From Candidatus Enterousia sp. (GTDB lineage Bacteria; Pseudomonadota; Alphaproteobacteria; Rs-D84): a stretch of 51,305 nt of DNA. The position numbers were made by a program, and so were the translations under genes. Below the pieces are notes generated by a model. That model saw nothing but the letters and a program-made list of their open reading frames with translations. It was not told the DNA's origin and ran no database searches. The stretch is from assembly GCA_045643965.1 (NCBI GenBank), contig JAZRGB010000065.1:1-51305 (forward strand). The letters run 5' to 3'. Below are positions 40,888-51,305 of the stretch, in pieces (position 1 is the stretch's first letter; every line of letters starts with the position of its first letter).

Positions 40888-41355
40888 TTATTCCGCAACC
40901 ATTGGGGCTGTTGCCTGTGGTTTTGGGTGTCTTTTCATTTTGCGTTCATGTTTTGGTGCATGTTTTTTTGCAGCCTTGAATTCTTCGACAGTAACGCAAC
41001 CGTTTTTATCTGTATCCATCATTGGAACCATTTTTGCCAATTTTGGACATTTTACAACCAAGCATCCATTATCAAATTCTGGACGTGGCATCATTTTAAA
41101 TGACTTTTTATGGCAGCAGCATAATTTTGCAGATGCAAAACCCAATGCAAAAATAATTACAAACAATACCAATTTCTTGATAAATTTGCCATGGTGACAT
41201 TTGCAGCCACATTTGTGTTCACAGCAGCATGGTGTATGTTCAACAACCGGTGCAGCCACTTTTTTTGTTGTTGTTTTTTTTGTTGCTGGCTTTGCAGCAG
41301 TTTTTTTAGCAACTGTTTTTTTAGGTGCAGTTGTTTTTACAGTTTGTTTTGCCAT
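40888..41355 (-). CDS. Basic membrane protein with a K/A/T-rich N-tail, Cys/His cluster and EF-hand
   Basis: MAKQTVKTTAPKK..., CCCEHKCGCKCHH, one TM, DTDKNGCVTVEEF EF-hand loop; SD AAGGAAGG. Confidence 0.75.
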   Translation of the reverse strand: MAKQTVKTTAPKKTVAKKTAAKPATKKTTTKKVAAPVVEHTPCCCEHKCGCKCHHGKFIKKLVLFVIIFALGFASAKLCCCHKKSFKMMPRPEFDNGCLVVKCPKLAKMVPMMDTDKNGCVTVEEFKAAKKHAPKHERKMKRHPKPQATAPMVAE

Positions 41356-41425
41356 AGGTTCCTTCCTTTGTTTTGTATGACAGTACAATTTTATTTTATA
41401 GAAAAACAGTTGTAAAGAAAAAATT

Positions 41426-41455
41426 AAAAAATCCCCCAATCGGGGGATTTTTTTT
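41426..41455 (-). terminator. Terminator of the HU gene (ATCCCCC family)
   Basis: ATCCCCC-AATC-GGGGGAT. Confidence 0.85.
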
Positions 41456-41475
41456 ATTTACACAAATCAAACGAT

Positions 41476-41748
41476 TTAATTCAAAGCATCTTTCAAAGCT
41501 TTACCAGGTTTGAATTTAGGCTGTGTAGATGCTGGGATTTTAATTGCAGCACCTGTTTGTGGGTTGCGGCCTGTTGTTGCTTTGCGTTTTGCAGATGTGA
41601 ATGTACCAAAGCCAACCAAGCGAACTTCGCCTTTCTTTTTCAAAACTTTTGTAACTGTGTTGATAAATGCATCCAAGCAGCCAGCTGCTGTTGCTTTTGT
41701 AACATTTACTTCGTTTGCGATTGCTTCAATCAATTGTTGTTTGTTCAT
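41476..41748 (-). CDS. hup: DNA-binding protein HU
   Basis: MNKQQLI, GFGTF, GRNPQTG and PKFKPGKALKD. Confidence 0.96.
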   Translation of the reverse strand: MNKQQLIEAIANEVNVTKATAAGCLDAFINTVTKVLKKKGEVRLVGFGTFTSAKRKATTGRNPQTGAAIKIPASTQPKFKPGKALKDALN

Positions 41749-41782
41749 AGTTTTCTCCTTTCATAGATTCTTAAAGGTGTTC

Positions 41783-41910
41783 GCAGTGTCCAAGGCAATG
41801 TCGCTAGAATCCAAGGTTTTTGATATTTATCAATCCTGAATCACAAGTATTCTAAGGACATTGCCTGTACTGCTTGTTCGAATCGTAGAGAAATCTGCCG
41901 TTTAAGTCAA
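41783..41910 (-). promoter_or_regulatory. hup promoter and long 5'-UTR hairpin
   Basis: TTGACT(41910-41905)-17-TACGAT(41887-41882); hairpin 41783-41873 with AGGCAATGTC/GACATTGCCT core. Confidence 0.6.
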
Positions 41911-41962
41911 GCACATAATTAAAAAATCGCAAAAAACTGCATTGTTGACAAATTTTTATATA

Positions 41963-42439
41963 TTATGGATGCACTTTATCTGCGTGTACAGCACGGGCCC
42001 CAGGCGTATTATTATCGCATAAAACCCAATTACCATTTGCACCGTCAATCTGAACCAATCTGAACGAATCAGGTGTACGTACCAACATAAAAATAATGAC
42101 AGCGGCCCAAAACAACAACTTAGTAAATGCCCATGGATTCTTATATGCACCCCTGTCAAATTTATCTTTTAATAAATTCTGATACAATGCCCATGACCAA
42201 ACAGCAGCCAATATCATCGCCGCAAAAACAAATCCGATTACCAATGGACGCTTCGCATGAGCCAGTCCAGCTGCAATTTTAGTCCACACAGAATCCGTCA
42301 CAGGACATACAAACAATGCATTTGGGGCAACCGCATCTTGTAAAACAATTGGTGCATTTGGCGACAATGATATATCAAAAGAAACCATCAGCACAATCGC
42401 TGTTAACATCATTATCGCAAACATCATTGTCGGTTTCAT
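41963..42439 (-). CDS. Hypothetical membrane protein (158 aa)
   Basis: Three hydrophobic segments; SD AGGGG. Confidence 0.75.
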   Translation of the reverse strand: MKPTMMFAIMMLTAIVLMVSFDISLSPNAPIVLQDAVAPNALFVCPVTDSVWTKIAAGLAHAKRPLVIGFVFAAMILAAVWSWALYQNLLKDKFDRGAYKNPWAFTKLLFWAAVIIFMLVRTPDSFRLVQIDGANGNWVLCDNNTPGARAVHADKVHP

Positions 42440-42567
42440 TGTGTTTTCCCCTGCCCTGTACTTTATATTATACCATAAAATACCGGTTGATTTCTATAAC
42501 TAAAAATATAATTGAAACTGTGCAGAAATATATATACAATATCACCGATAATAAAAGGAATAAAACG

Positions 42568-44646
42568 ATGACATATAATGAAATAAGACAGATTTTCTTG
42601 AAATACTTTGAAGAACATGGACATAAAATCGTTCCATCTGCATCATTGATTCCAAACGACCCATCGCTGTTATTCACCGTTGCAGGTATGGTTCCATGGA
42701 AAGGTATATTACAAGGTACAGAACCTGCATTTGCACCACGTGTTGCAGACGTTCAAAAATGTATTCGTGCAGGTGGTAAACATAACGACTTGGAAGACGT
42801 TGGTTTTGATGGCCGTCATCATACTTTCTTTGAAATGCTGGGCAATTGGTCTTTTGGCGATTACTTCAAAGAAGGTGCAATTGAAATGTCTTGGGAATTA
42901 TTGACCAAGGTTTTGGGATTGGATCCAAATCGTATCGTTGTAACAACACACTATTCTGATGAAGAAGCAATTAAAATCTGGAAAAAGGTTGCTGGCAAAG
43001 ACGCAATTTTACTGGGTGACAAAGACAACTGGTGGTCTGCGGGCGATACTGGTCCATGCGGTCCATGTACAGAAATGCATTACGATATGGGCGAAGATGT
43101 TCCAGGTGGATTGCCAGGCACCCCAGACGAAGACGGTGGCAGATTTGTTGAAATCTGGAACGACGTATTTATGCAATTTGACAGGGATGCGAACGGCAAT
43201 TTAACACCACTGCCAAAACAAAATGTTGATACAGGTGCGGGTTTGGAACGCTGGGCGGCAGTATTGCAAAACAAACTGGACAACTATGATACAGATTTGT
43301 TTGCAAACCTGAAAAACGCGGTCAGCGATATTACTGGCGTTGCAGAAACATCTGATAATGTTGCCAGTTTCAAGGTTATCACAGACCATTTGCGTTCTGT
43401 TGGTTTTGCAATTGCTGATGGCGTTATCCCATCAAACACAGATCGCGGTTATGTAATTCGCAGAATCTTGCGTCGTGCAATGCGTCATGGTCAAATTCTG
43501 GGACATCGTGGTGCATTGTTGTCTAAACTGTACCCTGCATTGGTTACTGAAATGGGCGACGCATATCCAGAACTGGCACGCGAACAGAAACGCGTTGTTG
43601 AAATTATTCAAAACGAAGAAAACGCATTCGCAGATATGTTGCAAAATGGCATGAAATTGCTGGAAAGCGAATTGCCAAAATTAAACAACAATGTATTGCC
43701 AGGCGATGTTGCATTTAAACTGTTTGATACATATGGTTTCCCATTGGATTTAACACAAATGATTTTGCGTGACAAAAATATAGATGTCGATGTTGCAGGA
43801 TTTGAAAAATCTATGGCCGAACAGAAAGAACGTTCACGTGCAAACACAAAAGGTACACGTATATTCTGGGAATCACAAACAGAATTGGCTGGCACAGATG
43901 ATATTGCAAAATACGCACCTGTGGATATGCAGTCAACTGTATTATCTATTTTGCGTAATGGCGAATTTGTTCAATCTGCAGACAGCGGTGACGAAGTCGA
44001 AGTTGCATTGGATAAAACAAACTTTTATGGCACCCAGGGCGGTCAGACTGGCGACAGCGGTGAATTAAAAGTTGGCGACACAACCGTTATGACTGTAACA
44101 GAGGCAGGACGCGTTGATAACGTTGTTATTCACAAAGGAACATTGAACGCACCTATTTCTGTGGGTGACGTTGTATCACCTGTGATAAATGCAAATGTAC
44201 GTCAACAGACTGCACGTGCACACACTGCAACACACTTGTTACAGGCGGCATTGCGTTCTGTATTAAACGAAGACGTAGAACAGCGTGGTTCCAAGGTATC
44301 GCCTGATTCTGTTCGTTTTGACTTTTCATTTGGTCGTGCCATGACAGCAGAAGAAAAACAAGCCGTCGAAGATTTGATTAACAAATGGATTGCGGCTGAT
44401 ATGCCTGTCACACACGAAGAAATGTCAATGGATGACGCGGTTAAACGTGGTGCAATGGCATTATTTGGCGAAAAGTATGGTGAAAAAGTACGCGTTATTA
44501 CCGCGGGTGACGTATCATGCGAATTATGCGGTGGAACACATATTCATCATACAGGCGAAATTTTAAAAGCCCGTATAAACAAAGAAAAATCTATCAGCAG
44601 TGGTATCAGACGTATAACAATGTCTGTTGGTACACTGGCAGAATAA
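42568..44646 (+). CDS. alaS: Alanine--tRNA ligase lacking the C-Ala domain (692 aa)
   Basis: DPSLLFTVAGM, HHTFFEMLGN, HTATH and ELCGGTH editing motifs; SD AAGGA before ATG 42568; stops 10 aa after GIRRI start. Confidence 0.95.
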   Translation: MTYNEIRQIFLKYFEEHGHKIVPSASLIPNDPSLLFTVAGMVPWKGILQGTEPAFAPRVADVQKCIRAGGKHNDLEDVGFDGRHHTFFEMLGNWSFGDYFKEGAIEMSWELLTKVLGLDPNRIVVTTHYSDEEAIKIWKKVAGKDAILLGDKDNWWSAGDTGPCGPCTEMHYDMGEDVPGGLPGTPDEDGGRFVEIWNDVFMQFDRDANGNLTPLPKQNVDTGAGLERWAAVLQNKLDNYDTDLFANLKNAVSDITGVAETSDNVASFKVITDHLRSVGFAIADGVIPSNTDRGYVIRRILRRAMRHGQILGHRGALLSKLYPALVTEMGDAYPELAREQKRVVEIIQNEENAFADMLQNGMKLLESELPKLNNNVLPGDVAFKLFDTYGFPLDLTQMILRDKNIDVDVAGFEKSMAEQKERSRANTKGTRIFWESQTELAGTDDIAKYAPVDMQSTVLSILRNGEFVQSADSGDEVEVALDKTNFYGTQGGQTGDSGELKVGDTTVMTVTEAGRVDNVVIHKGTLNAPISVGDVVSPVINANVRQQTARAHTATHLLQAALRSVLNEDVEQRGSKVSPDSVRFDFSFGRAMTAEEKQAVEDLINKWIAADMPVTHEEMSMDDAVKRGAMALFGEKYGEKVRVITAGDVSCELCGGTHIHHTGEILKARINKEKSISSGIRRITMSVGTLAE

Positions 44647-44673
44647 AAAATCCCCCGATTGGGGGATTTTTTT
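44645..44673. terminator. Bidirectional terminator (ATCCCCC family, inverted copy)
   Basis: ATCCCCC-GATT-GGGGGAT. Confidence 0.85.
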
Positions 44674-44736
44674 ATATCATAAAACGGTATATGGGATATT
44701 GTGGAACAAAAATTTTATGGTGCAGATGAATAAGTT

Positions 44737-46807
<2,071 letters not shown>

Positions 46808-46835
46808 ACATATAATATGACGGAGGCATGTAAAA

Positions 46836-47456
46836 ATGGGCACGAAACTTAGATATTCAGAAGCATACAAAATTGCAACATTGGAAGGTGCAAAACGGTT
46901 TGGCATCGTCAAAGCGTCTGAAGATTTCAAGGTTCCTACAAAAACTATTTCACGCTGGAATAAAGAGTATCGTATATATACTGTACAAAAAATGCGTTTT
47001 TTTACAGATGAACAAAAGAAAGAAATTTTAACTTATGCAAATCAACACGGATTAACCAGTACAATGCGTGAATACAATATTGCTATTCACACCATGTTAA
47101 AGTGGAACAGAACGTTTAAAATATATGAAAATACCGGCCGTCGTACAGATGCAACACATTTAAAAAAACACACCAGAAACGATAAAAAATATAAGTTAGA
47201 AGTATTAAATTTTGCAAAAAGATATGGTATCAGCAAAGCAATAAAAAAATATAATATTCCATCTGCAACACTGCAATACTGGAACGCAGAATTAAAGGTA
47301 TATACTGTACGCAAAACACGTACATTTACCCCTGAACAAAAGGCAAAGATTATCCAAGAAGCAAACGAAACATCTGTTGCCGATGCTGCAAAAAAGCATA
47401 AATTATACGGTCATCAAATAAAAACCTGGATGACACAACAACAAAACAACCTGTAA
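46836..47456 (+). CDS. Tandem HTH-repeat protein (4 transposase/Brinker-like HTH units, no catalytic domain)
   Basis: Four ~45-50-aa units of type R.(Y/F)...K..(I/V)L..A...G.......Y.I...T...W; SD GGAGG. Confidence 0.75.
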   Translation: MGTKLRYSEAYKIATLEGAKRFGIVKASEDFKVPTKTISRWNKEYRIYTVQKMRFFTDEQKKEILTYANQHGLTSTMREYNIAIHTMLKWNRTFKIYENTGRRTDATHLKKHTRNDKKYKLEVLNFAKRYGISKAIKKYNIPSATLQYWNAELKVYTVRKTRTFTPEQKAKIIQEANETSVADAAKKHKLYGHQIKTWMTQQQNNL

Positions 47457-47486
47457 AAAAATCCCCAAATCGGGGATTTTTTTTTT
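47455..47486. terminator. Bidirectional terminator (ATCCCC family)
   Basis: ATCCCC-AAATC-GGGGAT with A/T tracts. Confidence 0.8.
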
Positions 47487-49005
47487 AAATCTTCACACCA
47501 TATTTACCACGATTAATTGGTCGATAAGATAGTGCTTCGGCCAAATCGGACATTTCAATAGTGTCTGAACCACGCAAATCTGCAATTGTACGTGCCAGAC
47601 GTTTAATGCGATTATACCCACGTGCAGACATACCCATCTTTTCTGCTGCGTTATTTAAGAACATTGTTAAATTATCATCAAGTGCGGCAAACTGTTCCAG
47701 TTCCACCCCATCTAAATGTGCATTAACCTTGCCCTGACGAGAAATTTGTTTTTCACGGGCCACAACCACACGCTGTCTGATTTGGGCACTTGTTTCACGT
47801 GGTGCGTTATCATTATTCATTTCCCACGGATTTACCGCATCAACGTCAACATGCAAATCAATTCTGTCCAACAACGGCCCAGATATTTTATTCTGGTACG
47901 CTTCGGCACAACGCGGTGCCTTGGAACAAGACAGTGCTGCATTCCCTAAATGTCCGCATGGACATGGATTCATCGCTGCAATCAATTGAAAGCGTGCGGG
48001 ATATGTTGCATTTCTGCGTGCACGCGAAATCAAAATCCGACCAGATTCCATTGGCTGACGCAGGATTTCAAGCGTTGCACGATTAAATTCTGGCAATTCA
48101 TCCAAGAACAAAACCCCATTATGTGCCAATGAAATTTCCCCAGGACGTGCATCAGATCCGCCCCCTGCCAATGCCACAGGGCTGGACGTGTGATGCACAC
48201 TGCGAAATGGACGCGTTGCCATTAATGACTTGTTGTTCAACTGACCTGCAATAGAATAAATTATCGAAGTTTCCAGTATTTCGGACGCCGTCATTTCTGG
48301 CATAATTGTTGGCAAACGTGACGCCAACATTGTTTTCCCAGACCCGGGCGGCCCAACCATCAACATTGCATGCCCGCCAGCAGCCGCAATTTCCAGCGCA
48401 CGTTTTGCAGATTCTTGGCCACGTACTTCTGACATATCCAATGTTGAATTTGTAATACTGTCTGGTGTGGTTAATTCTGGCAGTGGTAATATCTGATTGC
48501 CTTTGAAATGATTTATTAATTGCACAACATGAAATGGTGCCAAGATATTGTTATGTCCAGCCCAGCGTGCTTCGGCCCCCTGGTCGCCAGGACAAATAAT
48601 ACCCAAACCATTATTGTTTGCCCAAACACTGGCCGGTAGAACAGCATCTGTCTTTACAATTGCACCGTCCAATCCAACTTCGCCCAATATGACATATTTT
48701 TCCAGTTCTGTTTCAGGCAATACGCCAATCGCACACAAAATCCCACACAATATTGGCAAATCAAAATGTGAACCACTTTTTTCAACGTCTGCAGGCGATA
48801 AATTTACAGTCAATCGTTTTGGGGGCAAAGATAAATTTAATGCAGACAGCACATTACGTATGCGTTCTGCAGATTCTTTGACCGCCCTGTCCGCCAATCC
48901 AATAATATTAAATTCTGGTTTTGACAGCCCAGATGACAGTTGCACCTGAACATCAATCGGCGTTGCATCCATCCCATTAAATATGATTGAATTCAAAGAT
49001 ATCAT
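47485..49005 (-). CDS. comM: YifB/ComM Mg-chelatase-like AAA+ ATPase
   Basis: VKESAERIR, NLSPAD, GPPGSGKT, PGEISLAHNGVLFLDE and NPCPCG; start trimmed to MISLNS. Confidence 0.92.
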   Translation of the reverse strand: MISLNSIIFNGMDATPIDVQVQLSSGLSKPEFNIIGLADRAVKESAERIRNVLSALNLSLPPKRLTVNLSPADVEKSGSHFDLPILCGILCAIGVLPETELEKYVILGEVGLDGAIVKTDAVLPASVWANNNGLGIICPGDQGAEARWAGHNNILAPFHVVQLINHFKGNQILPLPELTTPDSITNSTLDMSEVRGQESAKRALEIAAAGGHAMLMVGPPGSGKTMLASRLPTIMPEMTASEILETSIIYSIAGQLNNKSLMATRPFRSVHHTSSPVALAGGGSDARPGEISLAHNGVLFLDELPEFNRATLEILRQPMESGRILISRARRNATYPARFQLIAAMNPCPCGHLGNAALSCSKAPRCAEAYQNKISGPLLDRIDLHVDVDAVNPWEMNNDNAPRETSAQIRQRVVVAREKQISRQGKVNAHLDGVELEQFAALDDNLTMFLNNAAEKMGMSARGYNRIKRLARTIADLRGSDTIEMSDLAEALSYRPINRGKYGVKI

Positions 49006-49012
49006 AATCGGT

Positions 49013-49041
49013 ATATTATAACTTGAATTAAATTTGTGCAA
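49013..49041 (-). promoter_or_regulatory. sigma70 promoter of comM (leaderless geometry)
   Basis: TTGCAC-17-TAATAT, then 7 nt to ATG 49005. Confidence 0.6.
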
Positions 49042-49077
49042 GTTATAATATAGCCAGTGTTATACAAAGGATTTTAT

Positions 49078-49956
49078 ATGCCAGCCAAAAATAAAAACGT
49101 TGCACGTGAATGGTTTAACACTATTTTTTATGGTGCATTGATTGCTATTATTTTCCGCAGTTTTCTGCTGGAACCTTTTAATATTCCATCTGGGTCAATG
49201 ATACCAACACTGCATATTGGCGATCACATATTCGTCACAAAATGGACATACGGTTATTCCAGATATTCTTTCCCATTTGGGTCTTGGAAATTATGGAACG
49301 GACGTTTTTGGGCAACAGAACCAACAGTTGGTGATGTTATTGTATTCCGAAACCCTGTTAATCAATCCCAAGATTATGTAAAAAGACTGATTGGTGTGCC
49401 TGGGGATAGAATCCAGATGATTGACGGACGTTTACATATAAACGGTAAAATGGTTGAACGCACAGACGCAAAACCATATATTGTCGCAACACTGCCAAAA
49501 TCAATGCGAAGTGTCGGATATTACAAAGACAATATGTCGATTAAAGGAAATAAAATTTGGATTGATAACCAGCCTGCCCCATTTAATTATACGATTGAAT
49601 ATAAATCAGATAATTTCTGTAATATGTATAATGGTGCATGTGGCGTATTCAAGGCAACAGAATACACAGAAACATTGCCAAATGGTGTAAAACACAGCAT
49701 TGTTGAATTTTCTGATAATGCACCACTGGATAATACGCCTGTGTTTACGGTACCTGATGGTCACTTGTTCTTTATGGGCGACAACCGTGACAACAGTAAT
49801 GACAGCCGTGCAGACGTCAGCTTTGTTTCACGCGATAATGTATTGGGACGTGTTTGGGGCATTTGGTATTCACATAACTACTATGCACCAATGTTGTCTG
49901 TTTGGACATGGGGCAACAAGATGCGTTGGGACAGATTTGGGATGGGTATAGATTAA
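49078..49956 (+). CDS. lepB: Signal peptidase I
   Basis: IPSGSMIPTL, YVKRLIG and MGDNRDNSNDSR; SD AAGGA. Confidence 0.95.
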   Translation: MPAKNKNVAREWFNTIFYGALIAIIFRSFLLEPFNIPSGSMIPTLHIGDHIFVTKWTYGYSRYSFPFGSWKLWNGRFWATEPTVGDVIVFRNPVNQSQDYVKRLIGVPGDRIQMIDGRLHINGKMVERTDAKPYIVATLPKSMRSVGYYKDNMSIKGNKIWIDNQPAPFNYTIEYKSDNFCNMYNGACGVFKATEYTETLPNGVKHSIVEFSDNAPLDNTPVFTVPDGHLFFMGDNRDNSNDSRADVSFVSRDNVLGRVWGIWYSHNYYAPMLSVWTWGNKMRWDRFGMGID

Positions 49957-49957
49957 G

Positions 49958-50605
49958 ATGAAAAAAATAAACTATGATTTTAAAAATGCCGAATTACTGG
50001 ATTTAGCACTAACACAAAGCGGTGCAAATGCAGTACAGAACAATGAACGCTTGGAATTTATTGGGGACCGTGTATTGGGCCTTAGTGTGGCAGGTTTGTT
50101 GTACGAAATGTATCCAAACGAAAGCGAAGGTGAACTGGCACGCCGTCATGCAATATTAGTATCAACAGAAACATTGGCCAAAGTCGCAACAGAATTTGGT
50201 CTGGACAAGCAAATTAAGCACGGGCATATGACCGCTGGTCGCACTATGCATATCTTGGCAGATGCGATGGAGGCTGTATTCGGTGCAATATATCTGGATG
50301 GTGGATTTGATGCTGCACGTGCAATCATTATTGAAATATGGCATGATTTGGCAACAGCCGACGTTGTGGCACCAAAAGACCCAAAAACAACATTACAAGA
50401 ATTTGTTCAACGGTCAGATTCAGGAAACTTGCCTGTATATGAATATCTGGAACCAACAGGTGCATCCCACAATCCGACATTTAATGTTCGTGTCAGTGCG
50501 ATGGGCAAGACCGCAACTGGCAGTGGAACATCAAAAAAATCTGCAAGTATTGCAGCAGCAGAAGCATTGTTGAAAATCCTTGCAATTCAGGGTTTTCAGA
50601 ATTAA
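49958..50605 (+). CDS. rnc: Ribonuclease III
   Basis: NERLEFIGDRVL signature, DAMEA and dsRBD (KTTLQE). Confidence 0.96.
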   Translation: MKKINYDFKNAELLDLALTQSGANAVQNNERLEFIGDRVLGLSVAGLLYEMYPNESEGELARRHAILVSTETLAKVATEFGLDKQIKHGHMTAGRTMHILADAMEAVFGAIYLDGGFDAARAIIIEIWHDLATADVVAPKDPKTTLQEFVQRSDSGNLPVYEYLEPTGASHNPTFNVRVSAMGKTATGSGTSKKSASIAAAEALLKILAIQGFQN

Positions 50606-50636
50606 GATTTAAACAAAGTAAAACAAAGGAAAAAAA

Positions 50637-50978
50637 ATGTTCTCTATCTTATTAGTTTTGTTAATTATCGTTGCCGTGTTAATGATTGGTATTATTTTAT
50701 TACAAAAATCCGAAGGTTCTGGCATGTCTGGTTCATCTGCAGCATCAATGTTTGGTGGTGCGTTAACTGGGGCTGCGGCTGGAAACTTTTTAACACGTAC
50801 AACCGCATGGTTGGCAACAATATTCTTTGTTCTGTGTGCTGCATTGGCACTGATTGCATCAAAATCAGATATGGGCAATCAACAAAGTGACCTGCGTCAA
50901 GAAATCGTTCACCAGGCAGACGCATCTGCACCAGCAGACGCAACGCCAGTTGAACCAGCACCAGCAGAAACAAAATAA
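50637..50978 (+). CDS. secG: Preprotein translocase subunit SecG
   Basis: ILLQKSEGSG, NFLTRTTAWLA and two TMs. Confidence 0.92.
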   Translation: MFSILLVLLIIVAVLMIGIILLQKSEGSGMSGSSAASMFGGALTGAAAGNFLTRTTAWLATIFFVLCAALALIASKSDMGNQQSDLRQEIVHQADASAPADATPVEPAPAETK

Positions 50979-50997
50979 TCAAAACAATATGTAAAAG

Positions 50998-51022
50998 AAT
51001 CCCCAAATTGGGGATTTTTTTT
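50998..51022 (+). terminator. Terminator of lepB-rnc-secG (ATCCCC family)
   Basis: AATCCCCA-AAT-TGGGGATT plus T-tract. Confidence 0.8.
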
Positions 51023-51119
51023 ATTAATTCTGATTAATTGTTAATTCCCAACACTTTGTGATGGGCCCCTTTCGCCTGCGGCTCGAACCTGGGGTTCGAA
51101 TATCCACGTTACACGTGGC

Positions 51120-51158
51120 TTAACAAAAAACACCGCACAAGGCGGTGTCTTTTGTTAA
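51120..51158. terminator. Terminator downstream of the tRNA 3' fragment
   Basis: TTAACAAAA.ACACCGC-ACAAG-GCGGTGT.TTTTGTTAA. Confidence 0.75.
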
Positions 51159-51161
51159 TTC

Positions 51162-51181
51162 TGGCGCATCCAGAAGGATTC
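51162..51181 (-). pseudogene. Isolated tRNA 3'-end fragment (probably of tRNA-Arg(ACG))
   Basis: GAATCCTTC-TGGATGC-G-CCA: half T-loop, T-stem, acceptor strand and CCA, with no tRNA body upstream. Confidence 0.6.
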
Positions 51182-51305
51182 CCTCGGTATAAAAATACCT
51201 GCGGGGCATTCGTTAGTGCTCGAACTGCATTTTATTTGTTCTCGCTTACTCATTGTCGAACCCTGGGTTCGAACTCCATGTTACACATGGATTAATAAAA
51301 AATGC

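Larger units (their letters stand above)
51083..51305. repeat. Imperfect structured direct repeat (~173-bp period) around a tRNA 3' fragment
   Basis: TCGAACC..GGGTTCGAA..TCCAYGTTACACRTGG.TTAAYAAAAAA at 51083 and 51256. Confidence 0.65.

Noticed and set aside
42316-42567. 84-aa N-terminal extension of AlaRS (and similar extensions on amiC, ligA, comM, era, ftsH, dacA)
   Set aside because: They overlap neighbouring genes or promoters; conserved N-termini and SD/promoter positions mark the downstream ATGs.
46836-47456. Insertion sequence
   Set aside because: No catalytic DDE ORF, terminal inverted repeats or target duplication visible.
51083-51305. CRISPR array or integron attC array
   Set aside because: Only two imperfect copies with a structured ~120-bp spacer, no cas or integrase gene, and no cassette ORFs.

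Overview
51.3-kb chromosomal segment of an AT-rich, reduced-genome alphaproteobacterium. The permuted two-piece tmRNA and dacA-holB-tatD order indicate Alphaproteobacteria; rubrerythrin suggests an anaerobe; a gut lineage such as Rs-D84/'Ca. Enterousia' is my inference. Most of the window is housekeeping: amiC, frameshifted prfB, obgE, ssrA, dacA, holB, tatD, smpB, rnj, csp, class II lysS, tgt, queA, era, dcd, ftsH, tilS, groES/EL, HU, alaS, ligA, comM, lepB, rnc, secG, tRNA-Arg(CCG) and tRNA-Gly(GCC). These are interspersed with lineage-specific genes: tandem APH-like kinases, a glycosyltransferase islet, a Cys-rich adhesin cassette, an A-B-A-B paralog array and an HTH-repeat protein. The most interesting signals: (1) a phage C4/CI-like antisense/attenuator RNA module, with its own complementary target sites and two terminators, in front of polysaccharide genes (7793-8057); (2) a lysS operon with a candidate Lys leader-peptide attenuator and a divergent RelA/SpoT-like nucleotidyltransferase downstream; (3) repeated sigma70 promoters placed to give leaderless mRNAs; (4) a near-identical terminator family; (5) tRNA-3'-fragment-linked structured repeats at the right edge. 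All calls were made by eye, with no database searches. No integrase, intact IS or CRISPR array was seen.
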